The position numbers and the translations under genes were made by a program. The notes beneath the pieces are model-generated. The model saw only the letters and a program-made list of their open reading frames with translations. It was not told the origin of the DNA and ran no database searches. DNA of 58,958 nt from positions 1 through 58,958 of the forward strand of contig JAHEMW010000002.1 of assembly GCA_024643505.1 (NCBI GenBank), written 5' to 3'. Positions 22,601 through 29,947 of this stretch are shown one piece after another (within the stretch, counting starts at the first letter, position 1; each line of letters starts with the position of its first letter). This DNA is from Demequinaceae bacterium. GTDB taxonomy: Bacteria > Actinomycetota > Actinomycetes > Actinomycetales > Demequinaceae.

Positions 22601-22974
22601 CAGGGGTGTCGGCCGACTCATACCCCACGATCTTTGTGCGCGAAGGACTCGATCGCGGGGGAGTGCTGCGCGTCGCCGAGGTCCTCACCCACGAGGCGGA
22701 ACGCCGCGTGAGCGTCGCCGGCATCGTCACGCATCGGCAGCGGCCAGGAACCGCAAAGGGAGTCACGTTCATCTCACTCGAGGACGAGACCGGATTCCTC
22801 AACGTCATCTGCTCGGTCGGCGTGTGGCGGAGGTTTCAGGCGGTGGCGCGCCGCTCGCCGGCGCTCGTCATCCGCGGGCGCATCGAGCGTGCCGATGGTG
22901 CGACGAACCTCGTCGCCGAGCACCTCGCGCCACTCAGCCTCAAGGTGCCGGCAAAGAGCCGCGACTTCCGCTGA
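19645..22974 (+). CDS. dnaE2: Error-prone DNA polymerase DnaE2
   Basis: YAELHAHSAFSFLDG PHP domain, GRGSAANS, PPDIDVDIE, C-terminal SRDFR diagnostic of DnaE2. Confidence 0.96.
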   Translation: MTECVDYAELHAHSAFSFLDGASQPEEMAAEAGRLGLSALALTDHDGLYGVVRFAGAARSVGLPTVFGAELHLEVPDGTGGRPVLDAPTGVPDPRSSHLLVLARGASGYSRLSHGIGMAHLATGEKGKAHYSLEALSDVGAGQFLVLTGCRKSTVRRALTGPAAGAPTATGMAAARTELDRLVALFGADNVAVEITDTGAPYDSDVCDALADLAFDASLPLVATTNAHYATPRDADLAAAVAAIRARSSLDDMDGWLPGSPGAHLRSAGEMLYRHRRHPGAVAAAARLAAECAFDLALVAPNLPPYPVPPGHTEATWLRELTYRGARERYGPPDAERVKGAWRQIEHELATIEALDFPGYFLIVHDIVAFCRKVDILCQGRGSAANSAVCYALGVTAVDAVTHGLLFERFLAPERDGPPDIDVDIESDRREEVIQYVFSRFGRINAAMVANVIQYRPRSAVRDAARALGFDVGQQDAWSKSIDRWGALRTPPEKEQEWAAQQRDAVWPEPPPTQDLDHIPEPVLDLADRLMRLPRHLGIHPGGMVLCDRPVIDVCPVEWARMPGRTVLQWDKDDCADAGLVKFDLLGLGMLSALKYAFRYVSDTERQEFGLHSLPHEDPAVYDLLCAADTVGVFQVESRAQMATLPRLRPQRFYDIVIEVALIRPGPIQGGSVHPYINRSRGREEVTYLHPLLEKSLGKTLGVPLFQEQLMQMAMDCAGFDGSLADQLRRAMGSKRSPERMEALRARFMVGANERGISADVAHQIFDKLKAFADFGFPESHSFSFAYLVYASSWLKVHKPAAFYAGLLAAQPMGFYSPQSLAADARRHGQVVLRPCVSRSQALAQVERVLEPFATPDEARADMMALTRVDRTLAVRMGLAAVRGLGTDAAQAIVDARAASPFTSLTDMARRVRVGEKGLTTSQWEALATAGALEALGVTRREALWASGALSREGPDTLPGVNTGVEAPTLPGMSAVEEAVADVWASGVSADSYPTIFVREGLDRGGVLRVAEVLTHEAERRVSVAGIVTHRQRPGTAKGVTFISLEDETGFLNVICSVGVWRRFQAVARRSPALVIRGRIERADGATNLVAEHLAPLSLKVPAKSRDFR

Positions 22975-22981
22975 CCCGGCA

Positions 22982-23085
22982 GTGAACGACCTCTCCACGC
23001 AAAATCAGACTCGAAGCGCGCAATCCGGACATTTCGCACCTCGAACACGGCGTGTCTCGACCCCTCGTGTGGAGGGGTCGCTCGC
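22982..23085 (+). repeat. 104-bp hairpin element (left copy), MITE/REP-like
   Basis: Terminal inverted repeat GTGAACGACCTCTCCACGC / GTGTGGAGGGGTCGCTCGC (19-bp stem with 3 G-T pairs and 1 mismatch); homologous to 26204-26307; lies between convergent dnaE2 and hppA. Confidence 0.8.
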
Positions 23086-23090
23086 GGCGC

Positions 23091-25310
23091 CTAAAGCAGG
23101 TGGATCGCGACCGTCACCCCGGCCACCACAATCGCCTCCATGCTCATGAGCTTCACGAGGATGTTGAGACTCGGCCCGGACGTGTCCTTAAACGGGTCGC
23201 CAACCGTGTCACCGATGACCGCCGCCTTGTGAGATTCAGACCCTTTGCCCCCGTGATGTCCCTCCTCGATGTACTTCTTGGCGTTGTCCCATGCGCCGCC
23301 AGAGTTGGCCATGAACATCGACAGCGAGAAGCCCGTCACCGCGCCGCCAGCCAAGAGTCCGAGAACCCCTGGCACGCCGAACACCATTCCCATGACGACT
23401 GGAGCGGCGATCGCGAGGATTGATGGCAGCATCATTTCCCGCTGCGCCGCGCGCGTTGAGATCGCGACGCAGCGCGCGTAGTCGGGTTCGGCAGTGCCCG
23501 CCATGATCCCCGGTATCTCTCGGAATTGGCGCCTTACCTCGTCGACCATCATTCCGGCGGCGCGGCCGACCGCCTTCATGGTGAGGCCCGAGAAGACGAA
23601 CGCCAGCATGGCGCCGGTAAACATGCCCAGCACGACCTTCGGATTGATCAACACGACCTGGAAGTGGGTCATCATGTCCATCAGGCTCAGGTCTTGTAGC
23701 CAGTTCGCGCCGTCGGTCGGCACCAGGGTGCCGTCAGGAAACACGAAGTCCCTCCCTCGTTCCAGTACGTGCTCGATCCCGATCTTGACTTCTTCGAGGT
23801 ACGACGCGAGGAGCGCAATACCCGTGAGTGCCGCCGACCCAATCGCGAATCCCTTTCCGGTGGCTGCCGTTGTGTTGCCGAGCGCGTCAAGTGCGTCGGT
23901 ACGTTCGCGCACCTCGGGCGGAAGGCCGCTCATTTCCGCGTTGCCGCCCGCGTTGTCGGCGATGGGACCATACGCGTCTGTCGCGAGCGTGATGCCGAGG
24001 GTGCTGAGCATGCCGACGGCGGCGAGGCCGATCCCGTAGAGCCCGGCGCCCATGGTGTCCGTCGTGAACGCGTAACCGGAGCCAAAAAAGTACGCGAGAG
24101 CCGTTCCGGTCACGATCGCGAGCACCGGGATCGCGACCGACATCATGCCTTCGCCGAGGCCCGCGATGATGACGGTTGCCGGCCCGGTCTTGGCGCTGAC
24201 GCCAATGCGCTGCGTCGGCCCGTATGCCTGCGATGTGAAGTACTCGGCGGCGCGACCAATCGTGATCCCAGTCAGTAGCCCGACGACGAGCGCGAGCCAC
24301 GTTCCCCACAGGTTTGGCACCTCCATCAGGGTGAGCACCCCGATCGACGCGACGGCGATCAGCACAGCTGAGCCATTCACGCCACGTGCGAGCGACCCGA
24401 GCAGTTGCCTGGACGTCGCGCCCTCGTTCGTGCGGACGAGGAACACACCGACGATCGACAGCAGCGTGCCGAGCGCGCCGATGACCATTGGGGCGATCAC
24501 CGCGCGTAATTGCACATCCGCGCCGGCGTGAAAATACGCCGCGGCGCCGAGCGCCGCGCTCGCGAGGATGACGCCGACATAGGACTCGTAGAGGTCGGCG
24601 CCCATGCCCGCGACGTCGCCAACGTTGTCACCGACGTTGTCCGCGATGGTCGCGGGGTTTCGCGCGTCGTCTTCAGGAATGCCCGCCTCGATCTTCCCGA
24701 CCAGGTCTGCCCCAACGTCGGCCGCCTTAGTGAAGATGCCGCCGCCGACGCGCGCGAACAGTGACTGCACTGCGGCGCCCATACCGAACGTCAGCATCGT
24801 TGTCGTGACGATGACGACGTCGCGGGAGTCGTCAACCGAGTAGAAGCGCGTGAGTACGAAGAACCACACCGCGATGTCAAGTAACCCGAGTCCGACGACG
24901 ACGAGCCCCATGACTGCACCGGAACGGAACGCGACGCGAAGTCCGTGATTGAGCGAGTCCCGCGCTGCGTTGGCGGTGCGGGCCGACGCGTATGTTGCGG
25001 TGCGCATCCCGATGAAGCCCGCGAGGGCCGAAAACAGACCGCCGGTCAGGAACGCGAACGGAACCCACGGATTCTGCATGTGCAGCACGTACGCGAGCAC
25101 ACAGAACACCGCGGTAAGCGAGACGAGAACTATCCCGACGACCTTGTACTGCTGTTTGAGGTACGCAAGTGCGCCCGAACGCACGTGTGCGGCGATCTTC
25201 GCCATCGTTGGCGTGCCCTCGGACTCGCGCATCATTTGGCGGAAGAAGTATCGGGCGGCCCCAAGCGCGGCGATCGACGCGATGGGCACGATCCAGAACC
25301 ACACAGGCAT
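23091..25310 (-). CDS. hppA: K+-dependent membrane-integral pyrophosphatase, probably Na+,H+-translocating subfamily
   Basis: [47 protein letters not shown] (Ala = K+-dependent), [23 protein letters not shown]. Confidence 0.95.
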   Translation of the reverse strand: MPVWFWIVPIASIAALGAARYFFRQMMRESEGTPTMAKIAAHVRSGALAYLKQQYKVVGIVLVSLTAVFCVLAYVLHMQNPWVPFAFLTGGLFSALAGFIGMRTATYASARTANAARDSLNHGLRVAFRSGAVMGLVVVGLGLLDIAVWFFVLTRFYSVDDSRDVVIVTTTMLTFGMGAAVQSLFARVGGGIFTKAADVGADLVGKIEAGIPEDDARNPATIADNVGDNVGDVAGMGADLYESYVGVILASAALGAAAYFHAGADVQLRAVIAPMVIGALGTLLSIVGVFLVRTNEGATSRQLLGSLARGVNGSAVLIAVASIGVLTLMEVPNLWGTWLALVVGLLTGITIGRAAEYFTSQAYGPTQRIGVSAKTGPATVIIAGLGEGMMSVAIPVLAIVTGTALAYFFGSGYAFTTDTMGAGLYGIGLAAVGMLSTLGITLATDAYGPIADNAGGNAEMSGLPPEVRERTDALDALGNTTAATGKGFAIGSAALTGIALLASYLEEVKIGIEHVLERGRDFVFPDGTLVPTDGANWLQDLSLMDMMTHFQVVLINPKVVLGMFTGAMLAFVFSGLTMKAVGRAAGMMVDEVRRQFREIPGIMAGTAEPDYARCVAISTRAAQREMMLPSILAIAAPVVMGMVFGVPGVLGLLAGGAVTGFSLSMFMANSGGAWDNAKKYIEEGHHGGKGSESHKAAVIGDTVGDPFKDTSGPSLNILVKLMSMEAIVVAGVTVAIHLL

Positions 25311-25321
25311 GTCGGACGCCC

Positions 25322-26101
25322 CTAATGCCCGAAAGTCGATTGGGCGGAGCGCCACCACGCGAGATGTTCGCGTTCGAGCGTGTCGTGGGACGGCATGGGA
25401 AAGGACGCGATTCCGGTCGCGTCGCCGACGAAGAAGCCGTTGCGGATCGTCCGGAACAAGACCTCCTGCGTCATCTGCCGCATGACTGTCTTGGTGGGCT
25501 TGTCTGGTCCAGCGGCGAGTTGTCGCAAGCAATCCCGCAGGTGGCCGATGTTCGGGTACGGCAAGTTCTCGACGTCAGTCGAATCGGGGTCGGACTTCAA
25601 GGCACCGAGAGTCAGTTCCGCGAAGACGATTCGAGGCACGTGAATCGCCTGCTTGGTGTTGGTGATGAAGGTAGTGAACTCGGCGGGATCAAGCTGCGTG
25701 ACAATGCGTGGCGTGGTCGGACAGAACTCTTGATAGAGGTGCGTGCGGTCCTCACCGTCGGCGACATACGGGGCCGGCGCGAGGGTCAGCACGCGCCCGT
25801 CGTCGGTGGCGAGGTGCAGTGCGGTGAGTGCGTCGAGCGGCACCTTTTCGAGGACGCGGTAGATGCTCAGGTACACGGACATCTTTGGGCGACCGTCGAC
25901 GTGCGGCGCGCACCGGGCGTCGAGGTCGTCCAGCTCGAAGTCGGTGGAGGACAACAGGTCTCTGTTCACCGAGAAGAAGATGGCCTGCCCCCGCGCGCGC
26001 TTGGCGCTGCCGATCGCGTAGTAGAGCCCGAAGTCCGCAGGATCCAGCATGGAGGCGACGAGCGCTTCCGGGATGAGCGACAGATACACGTGGGTCGTCA
26101 T
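25322..26101 (-). CDS. Uncharacterised 259-aa soluble protein with internal two-fold repeat
   Basis: GGAGG RBS before ATG 26101; protein-like composition; 11 nt upstream of hppA start; LDPADF / LDPAEF repeat. Confidence 0.85.
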   Translation of the reverse strand: MTTHVYLSLIPEALVASMLDPADFGLYYAIGSAKRARGQAIFFSVNRDLLSSTDFELDDLDARCAPHVDGRPKMSVYLSIYRVLEKVPLDALTALHLATDDGRVLTLAPAPYVADGEDRTHLYQEFCPTTPRIVTQLDPAEFTTFITNTKQAIHVPRIVFAELTLGALKSDPDSTDVENLPYPNIGHLRDCLRQLAAGPDKPTKTVMRQMTQEVLFRTIRNGFFVGDATGIASFPMPSHDTLEREHLAWWRSAQSTFGH

Positions 26102-26203
26102 GATGTCCCTCCGTCGTCGACGACGATGAGCGCTAAGTCGAGTACTTCCGACGCTACCCACGTCAACGCGACGTGACGCGAGACGTACGTCCCGAGGTTG
26201 GGG

Positions 26204-26307
26204 GTGGCGACCCCTCCACACAGGAGGTCGCGACACGCCGACGGTTCGGTCCGACACGCCGCATTCGAAGGCGGCTCGCGGCCGGTTTGCGTGGAGAGGT
26301 CGCTCGC
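26204..26307 (-). repeat. 104-bp hairpin element (right copy, inverted)
   Basis: Minus strand reads GCGAGCGACCTCTCCACGCAAA...CGGCGTGTCGCGACCTCCTGTGTGGAGGGGTCGC; 20/22 and 30/34 identity to the two ends of the left copy. Confidence 0.8.
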
Positions 26308-26388
26308 CGGCGGGGGCCAGTGGCGGGGTTCCGTCATGCTACGATAACCGTCGCGCTGAGGCGCTCCCCGGAGCGTCGCAGCCCACTC

Positions 26389-26472
26389 GTCCGGGTGGCG
26401 GAAATGGCAGACGCGCTAGCTTGAGGTGCTAGTGCCCGTAAGGGCGTGGGGGTTCAAGTCCCCCCTCGGACA
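26389..26472 (+). tRNA. tRNA-Leu(GAG)
   Basis: Acceptor GTCCGGG/CTCGGAC+A, anticodon arm CTAGC-TTGAGGT-GCTAG, long variable arm GCCCGTAAGGGC, T-loop GTTCAAGTC; CCA not encoded; TACGAT -10 at 26340. Confidence 0.97.
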
Positions 26473-26510
26473 CGACGCAATGACGCGCCAACCGCGCGGA
26501 GGATCACAGC

Positions 26511-27950
26511 TTGCCTGGGCTTCGACCCGTGGACGAGGGGGTGCTCGTGGCTCAGCCCGAAGGCCGCCGAAAGCTTGTGGGTCCGGGCCAGTGGGTCGCC
26601 CGCTCCGAAGAATGGGCGGCGAGTTTTCGAGACTCGACTCGCAGCCGTGTGTGGATCGCGTTGATCTACACCGCCCTGTCTGCCCTCATCGTTATCCCCG
26701 TAGTGTTCGGCCCCGGAACCGCGTGGTCGCGCATCGACGAACCCACGCACGCTGACTATGCCTGGCAGGTCGCGCATTTCCATCTTCCCGAGGCAGGCTC
26801 GGAGATCGCGCCGGAGATCCTGGACCTGTGGGCATGCGCCGGCCAACAGGGCTATGACCTGCCGCCGTGCGGATCTCACGCGCCTGCCGCGGCGTTCCCG
26901 TTTGACGGCACGAATTACAACTTCGGCCATCCGCCTCTGTACTACGCCGCGGTCGGTTTGCCCGCGAGACTCGCAAGCGCCGCGATCCCGGGCCTCAATT
27001 TCGTTCAGGCCGCACGACTGACGGGCGTGCTGTGGCTCGCCGGCGGCATGTTCATGATGTTTGTCGCGTTACGGCGATGGAAGATTGATCCGGCGGCCGC
27101 CATAATTGCGCCGCTCTTGCTGCCAGCCTTTCCGCGCATTCTGCACGCGTCCACGACAGTGAACCCCGACGCCGCCGCCGCATTGACCGGAGCCGCCGCC
27201 GTTTGGCTCGCGGCGCTTGTGTTCAGCGAGGGGTATCGCGATTGGCGCCTTCCTGCGCTCCTCGCGGGGACGGCGGGAATGCTGAAGACGATCGGCGCGG
27301 TTCCCTTCATTGCGATTGGCGTGCTGATCTTGGTTCGGCTCGTGCGAGATCGCCGCACCCATCCCCCGGCTTGGAGCGACCTCGCGATTCCGGCAGGTAT
27401 CGCGGGCGCGATCCTGGTGCCGTACTTAGCGTGGCAGGCGTACCAAAGCGGGCGGGGTGACCCCAACTGGGAAAACCCGCTGGTCGGGCTCAACACGCGC
27501 GACGTTCAAGGTCTCCCGGGCTCCGAATGGCTCGAAACGGCCTTCGGCGGCATCAACCTGGCATCGGACTATTACCTCCAACGGCCGCTGGACGTCGCAT
27601 TGATGGTCTCGTGGACGCGCCTGCTCAACGTGCTCGTCATCGGCGCCGTCTTTGCCGTGATCGTCGCGTGCGCCAAGGAGCCCGCACGGCGATCGCTCGG
27701 CTGGATGATGGTGACGGGCGTCGTGCTCTACCCGACGATCGTGCAGGTGCAGGCGTTCTTTAACACGACTGTTCCGCAGTACTTCCCGAACGTCACCGGA
27801 CGCTACGGTCTCGCGCTCATCCCTGGTGCGGTCGCGTGCATCGCGATCGCCGCGTGGAAAGCTGGTTATCGGCGATTCGTGTATCTCCTCACTGCGATTG
27901 GTCTCGCGGTGCTCGTCATCGTCATTGCGAACGGTTTCGGGCAGGCGTGA
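26511..27950 (+). CDS. Polytopic membrane protein, GT-C glycosyltransferase-like (DUF2142/ArnT-PMT-like)
   Basis: First external loop with DEPTH motif, HPPLYY, NPD, late GRY; about 10 hydrophobic segments; start uncertain (TTG 26511 or GTG 26547). Confidence 0.7.
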   Translation: MPGLRPVDEGVLVAQPEGRRKLVGPGQWVARSEEWAASFRDSTRSRVWIALIYTALSALIVIPVVFGPGTAWSRIDEPTHADYAWQVAHFHLPEAGSEIAPEILDLWACAGQQGYDLPPCGSHAPAAAFPFDGTNYNFGHPPLYYAAVGLPARLASAAIPGLNFVQAARLTGVLWLAGGMFMMFVALRRWKIDPAAAIIAPLLLPAFPRILHASTTVNPDAAAALTGAAAVWLAALVFSEGYRDWRLPALLAGTAGMLKTIGAVPFIAIGVLILVRLVRDRRTHPPAWSDLAIPAGIAGAILVPYLAWQAYQSGRGDPNWENPLVGLNTRDVQGLPGSEWLETAFGGINLASDYYLQRPLDVALMVSWTRLLNVLVIGAVFAVIVACAKEPARRSLGWMMVTGVVLYPTIVQVQAFFNTTVPQYFPNVTGRYGLALIPGAVACIAIAAWKAGYRRFVYLLTAIGLAVLVIVIANGFGQA

Positions 27951-27992
27951 CGTCGAGAATTTCTCTGACTCTCACGCGCTAGCCTGGGCGGC

Positions 27993-29285
27993 ATGACCGA
28001 CGTCGTCGACCTCGCGCAGGCGCTCATCCGGATTGATAGCTCAAATTACGGAGACGCCGACGGCCCGGGCGAGCGCGAGGTCGCTGAATTTGTGGCGACG
28101 TACTTGGCGGACCTTGGACTCGAACCGGTCATCCGCGAGTCCGAGCCCACGCGTGCATCGCTGACGGCGCTGTGGGAGGGCGTGGACCGGACTCGACCGC
28201 CGCTCGTCGTGCATGGGCATCTCGACGTCGTGCCCGCGTTTCGCGAGGATTGGTCAGTCGACCCTTTCTCGGCCGACATCCGTGACGGGATGATCTGGGG
28301 GCGCGGCGCCGTCGACATGAAGGGCATCAACGCGATGTACCTCACCGCTGTCGCCCGGATGATCCGCTCGGGCGTGAAGCCTGCCCGCGACATCGTGCTC
28401 GCGTTCTTCGCCGACGAAGAGCACGGTGGTGCGCGCGGCGCCAAGTGGATGGTGCACAACCATCGAGACGATTTCCGCGGCGCGACCGAGGCGATCTCGG
28501 AGGTCGGCGGATTCTCGGTGCAGGTGGGGGATCGGCGCGTCTATCTCATCCAGACCGCGGAGAAGGGCATCCAGTGGCTGCGGCTCACGGGAACGGGCGT
28601 CCAGGGGCACGGCTCGCTCATCCACCCGGACAACGCGGTGACGCACCTTGCTACCGCGATGTCACGAATCGGCACCCACGTGTGGCCGCTCGACGTCACG
28701 CCAACTGTCGATCGCCTCTTGCGCGGCGCTGCGGAGATTCAAGGCATTGACTACCGCGCCGACGAGGAAACAATCGCGAGGATCGTGCACGGGCTTGGCA
28801 GCATCAGCCGCATGGTTGAGGCGTCACTGAGAAACACCTCGAATCCCACCATGGTCGACGCGGGTTATAAGACGAACGTCATTCCGGACACTGCCGAGGG
28901 TTACGTTGACACCCGCTTCCTGCCTGGCCAGCAGGAGGACGTGCTGCGCACCGTCGAAGACCTCGCAGGATCGAGTGTGAAGGTTGAGCCGTACATCACC
29001 GAACGGGCGCTCGAGGCGCCGTTTGACGCACCGTTGGTCGACAAGATGATCGCGGCGGTCACCGCGGATGATCCCGACGCCGTGGTGCTGCCGTATTCGC
29101 TGATGGGCGGCACCGACAACAAGCACCTCGCGTCCATCGGAATCGCGGGGTACGGCTTCGCGCCGCTGCGGCTCCCGGCTGACCTCGACTTCTCCGCGTT
29201 GTTCCACGGGATCGACGAGCGCGTGCCGATTGACAGTCTCACGTTCGGCACCGCAGTGCTTGAGCGCTTCTTGGTCGACTGTTAG
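27993..29285 (+). CDS. M20/M25/M40 family metallo-hydrolase
   Basis: HGHLDVVPA, GRGAVDMK, ADEE, GGTD, HGIDER. Confidence 0.92.
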   Translation: MTDVVDLAQALIRIDSSNYGDADGPGEREVAEFVATYLADLGLEPVIRESEPTRASLTALWEGVDRTRPPLVVHGHLDVVPAFREDWSVDPFSADIRDGMIWGRGAVDMKGINAMYLTAVARMIRSGVKPARDIVLAFFADEEHGGARGAKWMVHNHRDDFRGATEAISEVGGFSVQVGDRRVYLIQTAEKGIQWLRLTGTGVQGHGSLIHPDNAVTHLATAMSRIGTHVWPLDVTPTVDRLLRGAAEIQGIDYRADEETIARIVHGLGSISRMVEASLRNTSNPTMVDAGYKTNVIPDTAEGYVDTRFLPGQQEDVLRTVEDLAGSSVKVEPYITERALEAPFDAPLVDKMIAAVTADDPDAVVLPYSLMGGTDNKHLASIGIAGYGFAPLRLPADLDFSALFHGIDERVPIDSLTFGTAVLERFLVDC

Positions 29286-29536
29286 GCCGCGTCAGTCCGC
29301 ATCACGTGGATCGTTCGCCGACGCAGCCACACGCGGCGGGCCCCACCCAGGTACGTCACCGATCTGGCGAGTTCCCACTGCCCATATTCCGCGTGGCCGG
29401 TGAGGAGCGCACGCGCGTCGGATCGCGTCATGTCGCGCGGGATGTCGACGACGCGCCACTCGAACCGCGAGGGCCCGCGCGGTCGTGTCGTCGGCGAGAT
29501 GACGTGGGGTTCCGTGCGTCGCGTGTTTTCCTTCAT
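29282..29536 (-). CDS. DUF5703-like small conserved actinobacterial protein
   Basis: HAEYGQWEL...GGARRVWLRRR pattern; GGAGG RBS. Confidence 0.75.
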   Translation of the reverse strand: MKENTRRTEPHVISPTTRPRGPSRFEWRVVDIPRDMTRSDARALLTGHAEYGQWELARSVTYLGGARRVWLRRRTIHVMRTDAA

Positions 29537-29578
29537 ATCCCCTCCCATTTAACTCACTTGGCCGGTACCGTCATAGTC

Positions 29579-29935
29579 ATGACCGCACAAGCGCGTGACG
29601 CGCTGCGCAATCTCATCGCCGCGCTTGAAGAACACCTCGATGCCGTGTCCTCACGCCGTGCGCCTGACGATGCCGCCGTGGACGACGCATACGAGGGCGT
29701 CGCGCTCGCGTTTGAGAGGTATGAGGACGCTCTCGACATAGAGTTCGCTGAAGGGCTGCCGATGGTGCTCGACGAAGACGACGAGTTCGCGGCCGACGCG
29801 GACGCCCATGACGATGACGACGCTGATGACGATGACGACGCTGATGACGACGAGGACGAAGAGCTCGACGCCCACGCAGTCGAGGACGACGACGACATGG
29901 ACGACGACCTGGAAGAGTTCGACCTCCGCCGGTAA
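29579..29935 (+). CDS. Small conserved hypothetical protein with very acidic C-terminal tail
   Basis: Helical N-terminus (IAALEEHL...AFERYEDAL) then Asp/Glu-rich tail; TACCGT box 7 nt before ATG. Confidence 0.75.
   Translation: MTAQARDALRNLIAALEEHLDAVSSRRAPDDAAVDDAYEGVALAFERYEDALDIEFAEGLPMVLDEDDEFAADADAHDDDDADDDDDADDDEDEELDAHAVEDDDDMDDDLEEFDLRR
29808..29852 (+). repeat. 18-bp coding tandem repeat (ATGACGATGACGACGCTG, about 2.5 copies)
   Basis: Exact copies at 29808-29825 and 29826-29843 encoding DDDDAD-type acidic repeats. Confidence 0.85.
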
Positions 29936-29947
29936 TCGCCCCGCACG

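Noticed and set aside
23041-23056. TCGAAC half-site downstream of dnaE2 as another SOS box
   Set aside because: The second half does not match GTTCGA, and it lies inside the hairpin element, not a promoter
22976-26311. CCGGC direct repeat (22976-22980 and 26307-26311) as a target-site duplication for the PPase cassette
   Set aside because: Five GC bases are likely by chance, and the positions are not symmetric with the element ends; an empty-site comparison is needed
26102-26340. Possible Na+-sensing riboswitch upstream of the PPase operon
   Set aside because: I cannot match a known riboswitch consensus by eye, and the main structure is explained by the repeat element, which lies upstream of the likely -10; an Rfam/Infernal scan would settle it
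27955-27965. AT-rich palindrome GAGAATTTCTC upstream of the M20 hydrolase
   Set aside because: Too short to distinguish from chance, with no second copy or adjacent regulator
26450-27992. Integrative element or prophage at tRNA-Leu
   Set aside because: No integrase, and I found no duplicated tRNA 3' end (att site) in the window
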